From an uncultured delta proteobacterium (GTDB lineage Bacteria > Desulfobacterota > RBG-13-43-22), in NCBI GenBank assembly GCA_963843145.1, contig CAWJJC010000012.1, positions 96,001-160,000 on the forward strand: a DNA stretch of 64,000 bases, written 5' to 3'. The notes beneath the pieces were generated by a model. It was not told the origin of the DNA. It saw nothing but the letters and a program-made list of their open reading frames with translations, and searched no databases. Made by a program: the position numbers and the translations under genes. Numbering within the stretch: position 1 is the first letter of the stretch; every line of letters begins with the position of its first letter. Below, piece by piece: positions 43,158 to 55,111 of the stretch.

Positions 43158-45254
43158 ATGCCTCATAAATTAACGACTGAAGTCAATGGCAAAACCTTAA
43201 GTATAGAAACCGGTCGCGTGGCCAAGCAGGCCACCGGAGCGGTATGGGTCCAATACGGCGAAACGATCGTCCTGGTCACCGTGGTCTCCACCCAGGACGT
43301 CCGGGAGGGGATCGATTTTCTTCCTCTCACCGTGGATTACAAGGAGATGGCCTATGCGGCCGGACGGATTCCGGGAAGCTTTTTCCGAAGAGAAATCGGC
43401 CGTCCCGGTGAAAAAGAAACCCTCACCTCCCGTTTGATCGACCGTCCTTTGAGGCCCCTGTTTCCCAAGGATTATTTTTATGAAACCCAGGTGATTGCCA
43501 CGGTCCTTTCGGTGGATCAGGAAAACGATCCCGATATTTTGGCTATCATCGGGGCTTCCGCGGCTCTGGAGATTTCGGATATTCCCTTTCAGGGGCCGAT
43601 TGCCGGGATTCGCGTCGGCCGCATCGAGGGGGAGTTGGTGCTCAATCCTACCAGTTCTCAATTGAAGGACAGTGATTTTAATATCATCGTGGCCGGCACC
43701 CAGGAGGCGGTGGTCATGGTGGAAGGCTGGGCGCGGATGACCAGCGAAGAGGACTTGGTCCGGGCTATTTTTTACGGCCATCAGGGGATGCAAGGCCTCC
43801 TGGAAATGCAAAAAAAACTAGCTCAACTAGTCGGCCCCAAGAAAAGAACCTGGACGGGCACAGCGGTCAATGAAGAATTGACGGCTCGGATGACCGCTGC
43901 CGCGGCACCCGCAGTGGCCGAGGCCTTGACCCTGTCCGGGAAAATGGAACGCCACGAGCGGATGCGGGAAATCCTGCTTGACCTCCAACAACAATTTGGC
44001 GAAGATCCGACCCACCGTCCTCTCATCAGGAAGATTTTTGAAAACCTGGAACGGGACACGGTTCGACGGATGATCGTCAAGGAGAAAAAAAGAATTGACG
44101 GCCGAAAATTTAACGAGGTCCGCCCCATCTCTTGTGAGGTCGGGGTTCTTCCCCGGACCCATGGATCGGCCCTGTTTACCCGGGGGGAAACGCAGGTCCT
44201 GGCCGTGGCCACCCTGGGGACCTCCTCCGATGAGCAGCGGATAGATTCCTTAATCGGAGAAACCTTCAAGTCCTTCATGCTTCATTACAATTTTCCACCC
44301 TTTTCCGTGGGCGAGGCCCGAATGCTCCGGGGACCGGGACGAAGGGAAATCGGGCATGGGGCCCTGGCGGAACGCTCCCTGCTTCAGGTGCTGCCCAGTA
44401 GTGACACCTTTCCTTACACGATCCGGATCGTTTCCGAGGTGCTGGAATCGAACGGTTCTTCCTCCATGGCCACGGTCTGTGGCGGCAGCCTGTCCCTGAT
44501 GGACGCCGGGGTGCCTATCACGGCCCAGGTGGCCGGTATCGCCATGGGCTTGATTATGGAAGAGGAGGAGGTAATCATTCTAACGGATATTCTGGGGGAT
44601 GAAGACCATTCGGGCGATATGGATTTTAAAGTAACCGGCACCGTGGAGGGCGTCACCGGTTTACAAATGGATATTAAAGTCCAAGGGGTCAACCAGGATA
44701 TTATGGGACGGGCGCTAGAACAGGCCCGGGAGGCCCGGCTGTCCATTCTGGCCTTGATGGAAAAGACCATCGCCCAACCACGAACCAGCTTGTCCGACTA
44801 TGCGCCCAAAATAACCACCATTGAAATCAATCCCGAAAAGATCCGGGAAGTGATCGGGCCGGGGGGAAAGGTTATTCGGGCCATTGTCAGTGAGACCGGG
44901 GCTAAAATCGAGGTGGAAGATTCAGGGAGAGTTATTATCGCCTCTCCGGACGGGAAAAGTTCGGAGCGGGCCATTGCCATGATCATGGAAATCGTCCAGG
45001 AAGTGGAAATCGGGCGGTTGTATATGGGAAAGGTGAAAAAAATCATGGACTTCGGGGCCTTCGTCGAAGTCCTGCCTGGGACCGAGGGGCTGATTCACAT
45101 CTCTCAACTGGATAACCATCGGGTCAACAAGGTGACCGATGTCCTTCAGGAAGGGGACGAAGTGCTGGTCAAGGTGCTGGAGGTGGATAAGCAGGGAAAA
45201 ATCCGATTAAGCCGGAAGGCCGCTTTGGGGCAATCCCTGCCGGAGAAATCCTAA
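43158..45254 (+). CDS. pnp: Polyribonucleotide nucleotidyltransferase
   Basis: [22 protein letters not shown]; KH and S1 domains. Confidence 0.98.
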   Translation: MPHKLTTEVNGKTLSIETGRVAKQATGAVWVQYGETIVLVTVVSTQDVREGIDFLPLTVDYKEMAYAAGRIPGSFFRREIGRPGEKETLTSRLIDRPLRPLFPKDYFYETQVIATVLSVDQENDPDILAIIGASAALEISDIPFQGPIAGIRVGRIEGELVLNPTSSQLKDSDFNIIVAGTQEAVVMVEGWARMTSEEDLVRAIFYGHQGMQGLLEMQKKLAQLVGPKKRTWTGTAVNEELTARMTAAAAPAVAEALTLSGKMERHERMREILLDLQQQFGEDPTHRPLIRKIFENLERDTVRRMIVKEKKRIDGRKFNEVRPISCEVGVLPRTHGSALFTRGETQVLAVATLGTSSDEQRIDSLIGETFKSFMLHYNFPPFSVGEARMLRGPGRREIGHGALAERSLLQVLPSSDTFPYTIRIVSEVLESNGSSSMATVCGGSLSLMDAGVPITAQVAGIAMGLIMEEEEVIILTDILGDEDHSGDMDFKVTGTVEGVTGLQMDIKVQGVNQDIMGRALEQAREARLSILALMEKTIAQPRTSLSDYAPKITTIEINPEKIREVIGPGGKVIRAIVSETGAKIEVEDSGRVIIASPDGKSSERAIAMIMEIVQEVEIGRLYMGKVKKIMDFGAFVEVLPGTEGLIHISQLDNHRVNKVTDVLQEGDEVLVKVLEVDKQGKIRLSRKAALGQSLPEKS

Positions 45255-45258
45255 GTCC

Positions 45259-46518
45259 ATGGTTCAGAAGACGGTTTTGCCCAACGGTCTCAGGATTATT
45301 ACCGAAAAACTCCCTCATCTCGTTTCCGTTTCCATGGGGATCTGGGTGGACAACGGGTCACGGGATGAATCCCCGGGACTGAACGGGATTTCCCACTTTA
45401 TCGAACATATGATCTTTAAGGGGACCCGGAACCGCAGCGCTCAACAGATTGCCAAGGAATTGGATGCTATCGGAGGGCTTTCCAACGCCTTCACCTCCAA
45501 GGAACATACCTGCTTTCATGCCAAGGTCTTAGGCCACCACCTGCCGCAGGTCACCGAGCTCCTGCTGGATATCTTCCTGCAATCGGTCTTTGATCCGGAA
45601 GAGGTGGAACGGGAGCGGATGGTGGTCCTCCAGGAAATCAGCATGGTGGAGGATACCCCGGACGAATTGGCTCATGTCCTTTACGGGGAAACGGTTTATG
45701 AGGGAAACCCCCTGGGCCGGAACATCCTGGGGACCCCGGAAACGGTGCAGGCCTTTACCCAGGATAATCTTCTACACTACCTTCAGCGGGCTTATGGGCC
45801 GGAGAAAGTGGTGGTGTCTGCCGCGGGGCAGTTGGACCACGAGGACTTCGTGAAGTTGCTGGCTCCGGAGCTTCTGAAACTTCCGCCCGTGGGAAAAAAC
45901 CCTGACCGTCAGAAACCCCTGCTGGCCTCCAAGTTTCGGGTGGTTCCCCGCGATTTGGAGCAGGTCCATCTGGCCATGGGAACCTGGGCTCCGGCGGCGG
46001 CCGATGAACAACGCTATGCCGCCACGTTGCTCAACGTGCTCATCGGGGGAAATATGAGCTCCCGCCTGTTCCAGGAAGTGCGGGAGAAACGGGGGTTGGC
46101 CTACGCCATTTATTCCTACCTGTCGTCCTTCCAGGACACCGGCATTTGGGGCATCTATACCGCGGTGGCCAAAGAAACCCTGCCGGAAACCTTGGAAGTT
46201 ATTGGCCGGGAGTTGATTAAAATAAGAAAGGGGGAGGTGACGCCGGGCGAATTGGCGATGGCCAAAGAATTTGTCAAAGGCGGCATATTGCTGGGCGCGG
46301 AAAACAATGACAATCGCATGACCCGTCTAGCCAAGAATGAATTTGTCTTTGGCCGCCATTTGACCTTCGAAGAAATCATGGAGGGATTGGACGCTGTAGC
46401 TTTGGAAGACTTGGTCAACCTGGCCGAGGAAACTATCCAGGGCGATCTTTTTTCTCTGGTGGCCCTGGGTCCGGTGTCGGAGGGGGAAATTCCCTTTCCC
46501 TGGATTTCCTGGTCGTGA
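45259..46518 (+). CDS. M16 family zinc peptidase
   Basis: [27 protein letters not shown]. Confidence 0.95.
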   Translation: MVQKTVLPNGLRIITEKLPHLVSVSMGIWVDNGSRDESPGLNGISHFIEHMIFKGTRNRSAQQIAKELDAIGGLSNAFTSKEHTCFHAKVLGHHLPQVTELLLDIFLQSVFDPEEVERERMVVLQEISMVEDTPDELAHVLYGETVYEGNPLGRNILGTPETVQAFTQDNLLHYLQRAYGPEKVVVSAAGQLDHEDFVKLLAPELLKLPPVGKNPDRQKPLLASKFRVVPRDLEQVHLAMGTWAPAAADEQRYAATLLNVLIGGNMSSRLFQEVREKRGLAYAIYSYLSSFQDTGIWGIYTAVAKETLPETLEVIGRELIKIRKGEVTPGELAMAKEFVKGGILLGAENNDNRMTRLAKNEFVFGRHLTFEEIMEGLDAVALEDLVNLAEETIQGDLFSLVALGPVSEGEIPFPWISWS

Positions 46519-46970
46519 GAGAAGTGACTGTTCAGGTGATGCGGGTTTTCCCGGACCGGGACCTGGATTTGCCGCTCCCGGCCTACCTGAGTTCAGGGGC
46601 GGCGGGGATGGACTTGGCCGCTGCTCTGGAGGGTGAGCTGGCCCTGGCTCCCGGGGAGATCCGGTTGATTCCCACCGGCCTGGCCCTGGCCATCCCCGAG
46701 GGGTTCGAGGGACAAATCCGGCCCCGGAGCGGATTGGCCTTGAAACACGGGATCAGCCTGATCAATAGCCCGGGGACGATCGACTCTGATTATCGGGGGG
46801 AAATTGGACTGCCGGTGATCAACTTGGGGACCCGTCCCTATACTATCCGCCGGGGGGAGCGTCTGGCTCAATTGGTCATTCAACGGGTTTACCGGGCCAA
46901 TCTTCAGGAAACCGATCACTTGGAGACGACCGAAAGGGGTCAGGGGGGCTTCGGCCATAGCGGGGCCTGA
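46515..46970 (+). CDS. dut: dUTP diphosphatase
   Basis: [24 protein letters not shown]. Confidence 0.96.
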   Translation: MREVTVQVMRVFPDRDLDLPLPAYLSSGAAGMDLAAALEGELALAPGEIRLIPTGLALAIPEGFEGQIRPRSGLALKHGISLINSPGTIDSDYRGEIGLPVINLGTRPYTIRRGERLAQLVIQRVYRANLQETDHLETTERGQGGFGHSGA

Positions 46971-47085
46971 ACCGGCCTTTCTTCTCCGACCCTTGGGTTC
47001 CCCTTACTTAATTAAAGTATGCTTGTTCACCCTTTGGGGTGGGTAGCCATAATATAAAGCAGGTTAGTCTGAAAGCGGAGTTTCG

Positions 47086-47298
47086 TGGCCGTCGGGTCTC
47101 GGCGAAAGGGTTTTCCAAATGTACTCCGGACTCCGAAACCGGGCCTAAGTTACTAATTTTATATAAAGCAGGCCCATACTCCAAGACTTTTGAGGCTTCC
47201 CTGGCTGGCCCTGCCTTCGGGAAGATTTGAAAACACGGGGGCCGGGTTAAAACCTGAAAAGCAATATGGAAAACCCTTTCGCCGAGACCCGACGGCCA
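47086..47298. repeat. Perfect 32-bp inverted repeats (47086-47117 and 47267-47298) enclosing 149 bp
   Basis: TGGCCGTCGGGTCTCGGCGAAAGGGTTTTCCA and its exact reverse complement. Confidence 0.92.
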
Positions 47299-47368
47299 TT
47301 CCGGAGACAAGGGGTTCCCGCCCATACGGGGGAAGCGTCAAAAATATTTTTAGTGACGGATTAAGGCG

Positions 47369-48325
47369 GTGACGGGCTATTTAGGCATTGATGTGGGTTC
47401 CATCAGCACCAATCTGGTGGTGCTGGGCGACTCCGGAGAAGTGGTGGCCAAGAACTATCTCAGGACCCGGGGGCAGCCTATTCAGGCGGTCCAGCAGGGG
47501 CTCAGGGATATTCAAAAAGCCTTGCCGCCTGGTTTGACCATCGGCCGCGTCGGAACCACCGGCAGCGGCCGTTTTATCACCGGTATCCTGGCCGGGGCGG
47601 ATGTAATAAAAAATGAAATCACCGCCCACGCCTTAGCCGCGATCCATACGGATCCCCAAGTACAAACCGTGCTGGAAATCGGGGGCCAGGATTCGAAGGG
47701 AATCATTATCCGTAATGGGACGGTGGTGGATTTTGATATGAATACCGTCTGTGCCGCCGGCACCGGATCTTTTTTGGATCAACAGGCCTTCCGCCTGGGG
47801 ATCCCGATCGAGCAATTCGGCCCTTTAGCCCTGCAATCCAAAAGACCCACCAAAATCGCCGGCCGGTGCACGGTCTTCGCCGAGTCGGACATGATCCATA
47901 AACAACAGATGGGACATACCCGGGAGGATATTGTGGCCGGCCTTTGTCAGGCCTTGGTCCGCAATTATCTGAATAATCTGTTTAAAGGCAAAGAGATCCG
48001 AGAACCCATTCTCTTCCAAGGCGGGGTGGCCGCCAATCAGGGTATGGCCCGGGCTTTCGAACTGGCCTTGCGCTGCCCCGTCATTGTGCCGCCTCATTAT
48101 GAAGTCATGGGGGCAATCGGCATAGCCCTCCTGGCCCGGGACTATCGACCAGAACAGGCGGCCACGCGCTTTAAAGGCTTCGATCTGACTCAAATCCACT
48201 ATCATTTTAATAGCTTTGAATGCAACGGCTGTTCCAATGGTTGTGAGGTCTTCTCGTTTGAGACCGATGAAGATCGGCCCATTTATTGGGGGGACCGTTG
48301 TGGTCGCTGGGAAAACATGCCTTAG
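47369..48325 (+). CDS. Acyl-CoA dehydratase activase (BadF/BadG/BcrA/BcrD ASKHA ATPase)
   Basis: GIDVGS, EIGGQDSK, CAAGTG, RCTVFAESD; C-terminal C..C...C motif. Confidence 0.92.
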   Translation: MTGYLGIDVGSISTNLVVLGDSGEVVAKNYLRTRGQPIQAVQQGLRDIQKALPPGLTIGRVGTTGSGRFITGILAGADVIKNEITAHALAAIHTDPQVQTVLEIGGQDSKGIIIRNGTVVDFDMNTVCAAGTGSFLDQQAFRLGIPIEQFGPLALQSKRPTKIAGRCTVFAESDMIHKQQMGHTREDIVAGLCQALVRNYLNNLFKGKEIREPILFQGGVAANQGMARAFELALRCPVIVPPHYEVMGAIGIALLARDYRPEQAATRFKGFDLTQIHYHFNSFECNGCSNGCEVFSFETDEDRPIYWGDRCGRWENMP

Positions 48326-48337
48326 TCGGGGCGTTTA

Positions 48338-48799
48338 ATGGCTATCCAGAAAAAACGAGGAACCATAAACCAGGCGGAACAGGGCCGCAGGACCAAAGAG
48401 TCTCAACCCTCGGGCAAAAGGGGTATTCCGGTTCGACGGCCACCTGATCAAAAGGGGGGCTGCCCGGACCCCGCTCAAGTTCCGAATGAAGGGAAACTAC
48501 TCGCGGGAATGGAAAAAAAGTTGAAACGGGCCACCCGGCGTCTGGAATCCTTTCAAACCATAGGGAGACAACAGCGCGCCTTTTTGTCCCTTCAGTCCCA
48601 TCAAATCCGGGCCCAGTTGCATGCCGTCATGGGGTATACCGAATTGGTTTTAAGAAAAATCCAGGGGCAGTTGCCCGCTTCCCAGGCGGAAAATCTAAAA
48701 AAATTGTTGCTTAGCGTCGAAGGCTTGAAAGAGGCCATTGAAGGCCTGGAGGGATTTCCTTTGCTGGACCCTAAAAAGTCCCCGGCGAGAAAAATTTAA
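48338..48799 (+). CDS. Hypothetical protein with an isolated HisKA-like helix pair
   Basis: FLS..SHQIRAQLHAVMGYTELV resembles an H-box; no HATPase domain. Confidence 0.55.
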   Translation: MAIQKKRGTINQAEQGRRTKESQPSGKRGIPVRRPPDQKGGCPDPAQVPNEGKLLAGMEKKLKRATRRLESFQTIGRQQRAFLSLQSHQIRAQLHAVMGYTELVLRKIQGQLPASQAENLKKLLLSVEGLKEAIEGLEGFPLLDPKKSPARKI

Positions 48800-48890
48800 G
48801 ATCCTAATGATGATTCTCGATACCTATTGAAAGGGTAGAAATACATTCTCAGCATAAAATTTGTTAAGGACTGACCTTCGGGAGGTGCTG

Positions 48891-50303
48891 ATGACTGACA
48901 GGATAGGCTACCGCATTTTATTGGTCGAAGACCAACCCTTGGAGGCCGATTTTATCCGGCAAGAACTTTCGGATCAAGGCTATGCCGTCACCTGGGTGCA
49001 AGACGGCTTGGAGGCGCTCAGGGTGATTCGGGACACCATTCCGGATTTGGTTTTAATGGACATCCGGCTCCCGAAACTGGATGGGCTCGCGGTGCTCAAG
49101 CAAGTAAAATCCGATCCCCAGACTCAGTTCATCCCGGTAATCATGGTCACCGCTTTGACCGAACTGGAAGAGCGGGTCAGGGGCCTGGACGCGGGGGCAG
49201 ATGATTATATCACCAAGCCATTTCAATCCTATGAACTTTTGGCCCGGATTCGGTCCACCCTGCGCATCCGTCGCATGTACGAGGACCTGGCTTCCACTCA
49301 GGATAAATTGAAAAGAACCTGGGAAGAAAACCGACAGTTGCGCAGGGAGATTCAGGGCAAATACTCTTTTAATCAAATCTTGGGGCAAAGTGCGGCCATG
49401 CGCCAGGTTTTCCATTTGATGGAGAAAGCCGTCGAAAGCCCCATTACGGTGGTCATCCTCGGGGAAACCGGTACCGGCAAAGAATTGGTCGCCCGCTCGA
49501 TTCATTATAACAGCCCCCGGAAAGACCGAGCCTTTGTGGTTCAAAATTGCGGGGCCTTGCCGGAAAGCCTTTTGGAGAGCGAGTTGTTCGGCCATAAGAA
49601 AGGGGCCTTTACCGGGGCAGTGGCCGACAAAAAAGGCCTTTTTGAGATTGCCCATGGGGGCACTATTTTTTTGGATGAAGTGGGGGATACCCCTCCGGCT
49701 TTGCAGGTGCGATTATTGCGGGTATTGCAGGAAGGTGAAATCCGTCGCCTCGGCGAAGTAAAGCCCCTGACGGTGGATGTCCGGGTCATCGCCGCCACCC
49801 ATAAAGACCTGAAAGAGGAAATTAAGGCGGGGAAGTTCCGGGAAGATCTTTTTTATCGGATCTACGCCTTTCCCATTCCGCTTCCTCCCCTTTCCGAGCG
49901 GACCGGGGATATCCCGGTGCTGGTCGACCATTTCCTCAAGAAATACAATCAGCGTTTGGGGAAAAACTGTCGGCTCAGTTCAGACTGTTTAAATCTATTG
50001 GAAAAATATCCCTTTCCGGGAAATGTTCGGGAGTTGGAAAATGAAGTGGTGCGGGCCCTGACCCTGGCGACCGAGGAAGAGGAACTCCGTCCCAGACACT
50101 TGTCCGATAGTATTCGGGAGACGGGTTGGGGGTACTCCCCGGTCAAGGAGGGTTCAATTCAGGATCAAACCAGCCATCTGGAGAAGGGCATGATTGAGGA
50201 AGCCTTGAAGGCCTGCCGGGGTAACCGCAGCAAGACCGCCTTGAAACTGGGTTTGAGCCGTCGGGGATTATTGAACAAGATTAAGCGGTACGGTCTGGAC
50301 TGA
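48891..50303 (+). CDS. Sigma-54-dependent response regulator (REC-AAA-HTH Fis)
   Basis: REC domain, GETGTGKE, GAFTGA, FREDLFYR, C-terminal HTH. Confidence 0.95.
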   Translation: MTDRIGYRILLVEDQPLEADFIRQELSDQGYAVTWVQDGLEALRVIRDTIPDLVLMDIRLPKLDGLAVLKQVKSDPQTQFIPVIMVTALTELEERVRGLDAGADDYITKPFQSYELLARIRSTLRIRRMYEDLASTQDKLKRTWEENRQLRREIQGKYSFNQILGQSAAMRQVFHLMEKAVESPITVVILGETGTGKELVARSIHYNSPRKDRAFVVQNCGALPESLLESELFGHKKGAFTGAVADKKGLFEIAHGGTIFLDEVGDTPPALQVRLLRVLQEGEIRRLGEVKPLTVDVRVIAATHKDLKEEIKAGKFREDLFYRIYAFPIPLPPLSERTGDIPVLVDHFLKKYNQRLGKNCRLSSDCLNLLEKYPFPGNVRELENEVVRALTLATEEEELRPRHLSDSIRETGWGYSPVKEGSIQDQTSHLEKGMIEEALKACRGNRSKTALKLGLSRRGLLNKIKRYGLD

Positions 50304-50324
50304 ATAGCCGGTGGCGAGAACCTC

Positions 50325-50918
50325 ATGAGTAGGAACTCCTCTTGCGCGGGGATCATCTTAGCCGGCGGTCTGAACAGCCGGATGGCCGGCCGAAACAAGG
50401 CCCGCTTGCCCATCGAGGGGCAGACCATCCTGGATCGGCTCGTGCCCCTATTCCAGGCCTTTTTCGATCCCATCCTGATCGTTACCAACCAGCCCCGGGA
50501 CTATCTGGATGAAGGAGTAATCCTGGTCACCGACTTGGTCGATATCCGGAGTTCGTTGACCGGTATCTACAGCGGCCTGTTTTACTCCCCCCGACCCCAT
50601 GCCTTCATCGCCGGCTGTGATATGCCTTTTTTGAAACTGGAGCTTCTGGAATTAATTTTGAAAAATTTAGAGGCCCGGTGGGATGTGGTCGTTCCGGTCA
50701 CCGAGGAGGGGTATCAGCCCCTAGCGGCGATTTATTCCCGGCGGTGCTTAGAACCCATTGCCAGCCAGTTGGCCGAGGGGAAGTTAAAGGTTTCCCATTT
50801 TTATTCCCAGGTGAGGGTCAAGAAAGTACCCGAAACGAGTTTGAGACAGGTGGATCCGGAATTGAAATCCTTTTTTAACATCAATACCCCGGAAGATATG
50901 GATGGTCTGGAACCGTAA
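50325..50918 (+). CDS. mobA: Molybdenum cofactor guanylyltransferase
   Basis: ILAGG..SRM..K, CDMPF, FFNINTPED. Confidence 0.9.
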   Translation: MSRNSSCAGIILAGGLNSRMAGRNKARLPIEGQTILDRLVPLFQAFFDPILIVTNQPRDYLDEGVILVTDLVDIRSSLTGIYSGLFYSPRPHAFIAGCDMPFLKLELLELILKNLEARWDVVVPVTEEGYQPLAAIYSRRCLEPIASQLAEGKLKVSHFYSQVRVKKVPETSLRQVDPELKSFFNINTPEDMDGLEP

Positions 50919-50961
50919 TTGCGAAAATAAAATCGATCACCGTTTTTGGTAGGAGTGTCGT

Positions 50962-52404
50962 ATGCCTGAATGGGAAGCCGTTATCGGGCTGGAAGTACAC
51001 GCCCAACTATTGACCGACAGCAAAATATTTTGTGGCTGCTCCACCCGTTTTGGGGCCGAACCCAACACCCATACCTGCCCGGTTTGCCTGGGATTGCCCG
51101 GTTCCCTGCCGGTCCTGAACAAAAAGGTGGTGGAGTATACCTTGCGCATGGCCCTGGCCACACAATGCACCATCACCCCGTACAGCCTCTTCGCCCGTAA
51201 GAATTATTTTTATCCGGATTTGCCTAAGGGATATCAGATTTCCCAGTTTGAAGCGCCGATCGCCTTGGGGGGGAATCTGGAAATAACGGTTCAGGGTATT
51301 CCGAAGCGGGTAGGGATCACCCGCATCCATATGGAAGAGGACGCCGGCAAGTTAATCCATGATGAAAGCCAACCGGTAAGTTACGTGGACTTTAACCGCA
51401 CCGGGGTGCCGTTGATGGAGATTGTCAGCGAACCGGACTTGAGGACCCCGGAAGAGGCCGGTGAGTACCTCCGGCGGCTCAGGGAGATCCTCCGTTACCT
51501 GGGGATTTGCGACGGGAATATGGAAGAAGGCAGTTTCCGTTGCGACGCCAACAGTTCCCTGCGTCTCCAGGGAGAAACCACCTTGGGAACGAAGGTGGAA
51601 TTGAAAAATATGAATTCCTTTAAGCACGTGGAAAAGGCTTTGGAATTTGAACTTCGCCGGCAGCGGGCGGTTTTGGAAGACGGGGACCTGGTGCTCCAGG
51701 AGACTCGACTCTGGGATGCCGCCCGGGGAGTCACGCTGCCCATGCGCGGCAAAGAAGAGGCCCATGACTACCGTTATTTTCCGGATCCGGATCTGGTCCC
51801 GGTGGAAATCAGCCCGGAATGGATTGTTACCGTCAGGAATAGTCTTCCGGAACTCCCCGGGGCCAAACGCCGGCGTTTTGTCGACGAGTACGGGTTGCCG
51901 GAATACGACAGTGAGATTTTGACTTCTTCCAGGGCCTTGGCCGAGTTTTTTGAACAGTGTGTCCGGCTCCACCCCCAGCCCAAGACCGTCAGCAACTGGA
52001 TCATGGTGGATTTAATGCGAGAACTCAAGCGAGAGGAAAAGGAAATCGAATTTTGTCCGATCACCCCCTCTCAATTGGCGACCTTGCTGGACCTGATTCA
52101 AGAGGGGCAGATCTCAGGGAAGCAGGCTAAAACGGTTTTTGAGGAGATGTTTCAGAACGGCCGGGATCCCCGGGGCATCGTGGAAGGACAGGGAATGGTC
52201 CAGATGACCGATCCCGAACAGATCCTTCCGGTCATAGAGGAGGTCCTGGAGGCCAGTCCCGGCCAAGTGTCCGAATATCGGGCGGGGAAAAACAAGGTGT
52301 TCGGGTACTTCGTGGGTGAGGTCATGAAGCGGACTAGGGGGAAGGCCAATCCGAAACTGGTTAATGAACTGCTGAAGAAAAAGCTGGAGGCGGATGATGA
52401 TTAA
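50962..52404 (+). CDS. gatB: Asp/Glu-tRNA amidotransferase subunit B
   Basis: [28 protein letters not shown]. Confidence 0.98.
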   Translation: MPEWEAVIGLEVHAQLLTDSKIFCGCSTRFGAEPNTHTCPVCLGLPGSLPVLNKKVVEYTLRMALATQCTITPYSLFARKNYFYPDLPKGYQISQFEAPIALGGNLEITVQGIPKRVGITRIHMEEDAGKLIHDESQPVSYVDFNRTGVPLMEIVSEPDLRTPEEAGEYLRRLREILRYLGICDGNMEEGSFRCDANSSLRLQGETTLGTKVELKNMNSFKHVEKALEFELRRQRAVLEDGDLVLQETRLWDAARGVTLPMRGKEEAHDYRYFPDPDLVPVEISPEWIVTVRNSLPELPGAKRRRFVDEYGLPEYDSEILTSSRALAEFFEQCVRLHPQPKTVSNWIMVDLMRELKREEKEIEFCPITPSQLATLLDLIQEGQISGKQAKTVFEEMFQNGRDPRGIVEGQGMVQMTDPEQILPVIEEVLEASPGQVSEYRAGKNKVFGYFVGEVMKRTRGKANPKLVNELLKKKLEADDD

Positions 52405-53494
52405 AACCATTGACTGGAAAGAAAACCGGGTGGTCATGATTGATCAGCGCAAGTTGCCCTGGGAAGAAATCTATGTGGTTTGTTCCGAATATCCCCAGGT
52501 CATCGAGGCGATTCGGACTATGGTCATTCGGGGGGCCCCGGCCATAGGGATTGCGGCGGCCATGGGCGCGGCCCTGGGGGCCCAAACCCTAAGCGCGGAA
52601 AATCCGGAGCAGTTCAGGAAAGGGTTTCAGGGCATTTGCCGCGAGATCGGCGCGGCCCGGCCCACGGCAGTCAATCTGACCTGGGCATTGGAGCGGATGG
52701 CGGCCACGATGGAAGACCGGTTGTCCGGGCGAGGGATGGCGGTTAAAACCGCGTTGATTCGGGAAGCCCGTCGGATGCTGGCCGAGGATGTGGCCATCAA
52801 CAAAAAAATGGGACTGGTCGGGCAGGAAATGATCCGGGACGGAGACACCATTTTGACCCACTGCAATGCCGGGGCCCTGGCCACCGGCGGCTACGGTACG
52901 GCCCTGGGCGTGATCCGGGCTGCCAAGGCGGCCGGGAAAAAGGTCCGGGTTTTCGCGGATGAGACCCGTCCCTTTCTCCAGGGGACCCGTCTGACCGCCT
53001 GGGAACTGGCCCGGGACCGCATCCCCGTTACCCTGATCACCGACAATATGGCCGGCTATTTTATGAAGAAAGGGCTGATCGATCGCGTCATCGTGGGGGC
53101 GGACCGCATTGCCGCCAACGGAGACGCGGCCAATAAGATCGGCACCTATTCGGTGGCGGTCCTGGCCAAGGCCCACCGGATTCCCTTCTACGTGGCCGCC
53201 CCTTGTTCCACCATCGATGCCCGGATAAAAACCGGTGAGGCGATTCCCATTGAAGAACGGGACCCGCGGGAGGTCACCCACTGGCGGGAGCTACGGATTG
53301 CCCCGGAAGGCATCAGCGTCCTGAACCCGGCGTTTGACGTCACCCCGCATTCATATATTGCCGGGATTATTACCGAGAAAGGCCTCTTAAAGCCGCCCTT
53401 CACCCGGAGTATTCGGGAAGCCCTGCGAGGGGCGGGGAGGCCTGAGATGGAAGATGGAAGAAGGAAGAGGGAAGCAAAAAAAGGCGGCAGATAG
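52394..53494 (+). CDS. mtnA: S-methyl-5-thioribose-1-phosphate isomerase
   Basis: [34 protein letters not shown]. Confidence 0.95.
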   Translation: MMIKTIDWKENRVVMIDQRKLPWEEIYVVCSEYPQVIEAIRTMVIRGAPAIGIAAAMGAALGAQTLSAENPEQFRKGFQGICREIGAARPTAVNLTWALERMAATMEDRLSGRGMAVKTALIREARRMLAEDVAINKKMGLVGQEMIRDGDTILTHCNAGALATGGYGTALGVIRAAKAAGKKVRVFADETRPFLQGTRLTAWELARDRIPVTLITDNMAGYFMKKGLIDRVIVGADRIAANGDAANKIGTYSVAVLAKAHRIPFYVAAPCSTIDARIKTGEAIPIEERDPREVTHWRELRIAPEGISVLNPAFDVTPHSYIAGIITEKGLLKPPFTRSIREALRGAGRPEMEDGRRKREAKKGGR

Positions 53495-53497
53495 ACC

Positions 53498-54295
53498 TTA
53501 CTTTTTTTCCAATCCGATTTTTATCACCATCCTCTTCCCCTCCTCATATCCCACCGTCTTGGCGGCGCTGCCCAGATTGCAGGCAATTTCCAGATAGCCG
53601 CTGCTGCCGAAAAGGGCCAGGAGCTCGCCGGGTTTTGCCTGGGCGTAGCTTTCCCGCAGTCCCTGAAGCCGATTGGACCCTATCCCGATTATTATTTCCG
53701 CAGGATTCGATCGAGGTTTGACCAATGCTTGGCTCAAGTTGGTGATGAGGTTGCCGAAGCGGTCGGCATAGACCACCTGGCCGATGAGAACATTGTTTTT
53801 GACCGCCGGTTCGGGCAGGTTCAGGAGGACAGGATCGGAAAGCGGCTTCCCAAAAGCAGTCATCGGAAGGCCCCGGCTCAAGTGCGCGGCGGCCGGGGCA
53901 AAGATATCCCGGCCATGAAAAGTATGGGAGACCGGGTTTAGAAAGTATTTAGGGTTGGTCAGATGAAAGACTCGAAAATCCGGAAAGGCCCGAAGTATTT
54001 GGGTGAATAGGCCGTTGTCGGGACCGACCCAGTAATGCGCTTTGGTCTTGATCAAGATCGGCCGCCGGGCGCCTCCCACGCCGGGGTCGACTACGACCAG
54101 GTGAATAGTTCCTTTCGGGAAGTAGCCGGCGATGGTCGCCAGCTTGAAAGCCGCTTCCGGGAGCCGGTGGTGTGAAAGCCCGTGGGTGATATCCACCAGC
54201 GTGGCCCGGGGGTTGATTCCCAGCATCACACCCTTCATGATCCCCACATAGGGATCGTCCCAACCGAAGTCTGTGCTTATTGTGATTACCGGCAT
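53498..54295 (-). CDS. SAM hydroxide adenosyltransferase / chlorinase-fluorinase (DUF62) family
   Basis: TDFG, VVDPGVG, GPDNG, TFHGRDIF, DRFGN. Confidence 0.92.
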   Translation of the reverse strand: MPVITISTDFGWDDPYVGIMKGVMLGINPRATLVDITHGLSHHRLPEAAFKLATIAGYFPKGTIHLVVVDPGVGGARRPILIKTKAHYWVGPDNGLFTQILRAFPDFRVFHLTNPKYFLNPVSHTFHGRDIFAPAAAHLSRGLPMTAFGKPLSDPVLLNLPEPAVKNNVLIGQVVYADRFGNLITNLSQALVKPRSNPAEIIIGIGSNRLQGLRESYAQAKPGELLALFGSSGYLEIACNLGSAAKTVGYEEGKRMVIKIGLEKK

Positions 54296-54405
54296 TTTTT
54301 GACCTTTTGAGAGTCGATTTCTTCCTTATGGTTTCGGGCGCGGACTGAAACCGTCTTTCGCGGTTTTAAATTGACATATTTTCCATAATGGAGTATAAAG
54401 GTAGT

Positions 54406-54639
54406 ATGAAAGTCAAGACTTCTGTCACCCTTTCCAGGGAGCTTCTGGAGATCATCGATGCCCGGGCCAGGCAATCCAAAAAGAACCGGTCTGATTTTGT
54501 TGAAACCGCGGTTCGGCTGTTTATCCGGCAATTGGTGCTGGAAGAGCAGAACGCCAGAGACCTGGAGATTATAAACCGCCGCGCTGATCATCTCAATCGG
54601 GAGGCGGCCGACATCCTGACCTACCAGACCCCGCTATGA
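54406..54639 (+). CDS. Ribbon-helix-helix antitoxin
   Basis: [14 protein letters not shown]; ATGA overlap with the toxin gene. Confidence 0.85.
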   Translation: MKVKTSVTLSRELLEIIDARARQSKKNRSDFVETAVRLFIRQLVLEEQNARDLEIINRRADHLNREAADILTYQTPL

Positions 54640-54962
54640 AGCGGGGCGAATTGTACCGGGTGGCCAATCCCATAGCCAAGGACCCAAAGAAATTCCGGGT
54701 CTTTGTAGTGGTCAGTCGCCAGGTGGTGATCGACTCCCGGTTTTTAACAGTCATTTGCGCACCGATCTATACGGCCTACGACGGCCTGGCCAGTCAGGTC
54801 CCCGTGGGACCGGAAGAAGGCCTCAAGCACAAAAGCAGCATCCACTGTGACGAACTGGTTAGCCTCTTCAAGTCGGTTTTAACCAATTTCATCGGGACGT
54901 TGGCCCCGGGCCAAATGGAACAACTGGACCGGGCCCTGCGGATCGCCTTGGATCTTCCCTGA
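54636..54962 (+). CDS. mazF: PemK/MazF family toxin
   Basis: [24 protein letters not shown]. Confidence 0.88.
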   Translation: MKRGELYRVANPIAKDPKKFRVFVVVSRQVVIDSRFLTVICAPIYTAYDGLASQVPVGPEEGLKHKSSIHCDELVSLFKSVLTNFIGTLAPGQMEQLDRALRIALDLP

Positions 54963-55111
54963 TTTCCATTCAATCTTTAAAAACTACTTCGTTTTCTGAT
55001 TATCTCATCGAAGGATTGAATTGACCACCCTCCACTATTGAAGTATAAAAATACAAAAGTCAAGCCGTTCAGAATTTTCAATGATCGGAAGGAAAAAGCT
55101 CCGTTAAGGCG

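Noticed and set aside
53498-54295. Possible fluorinase/chlorinase
   Set aside because: Its length and motifs (HGRD) fit the widespread DUF62 SAM hydrolase, and there is no halometabolite cluster around it.
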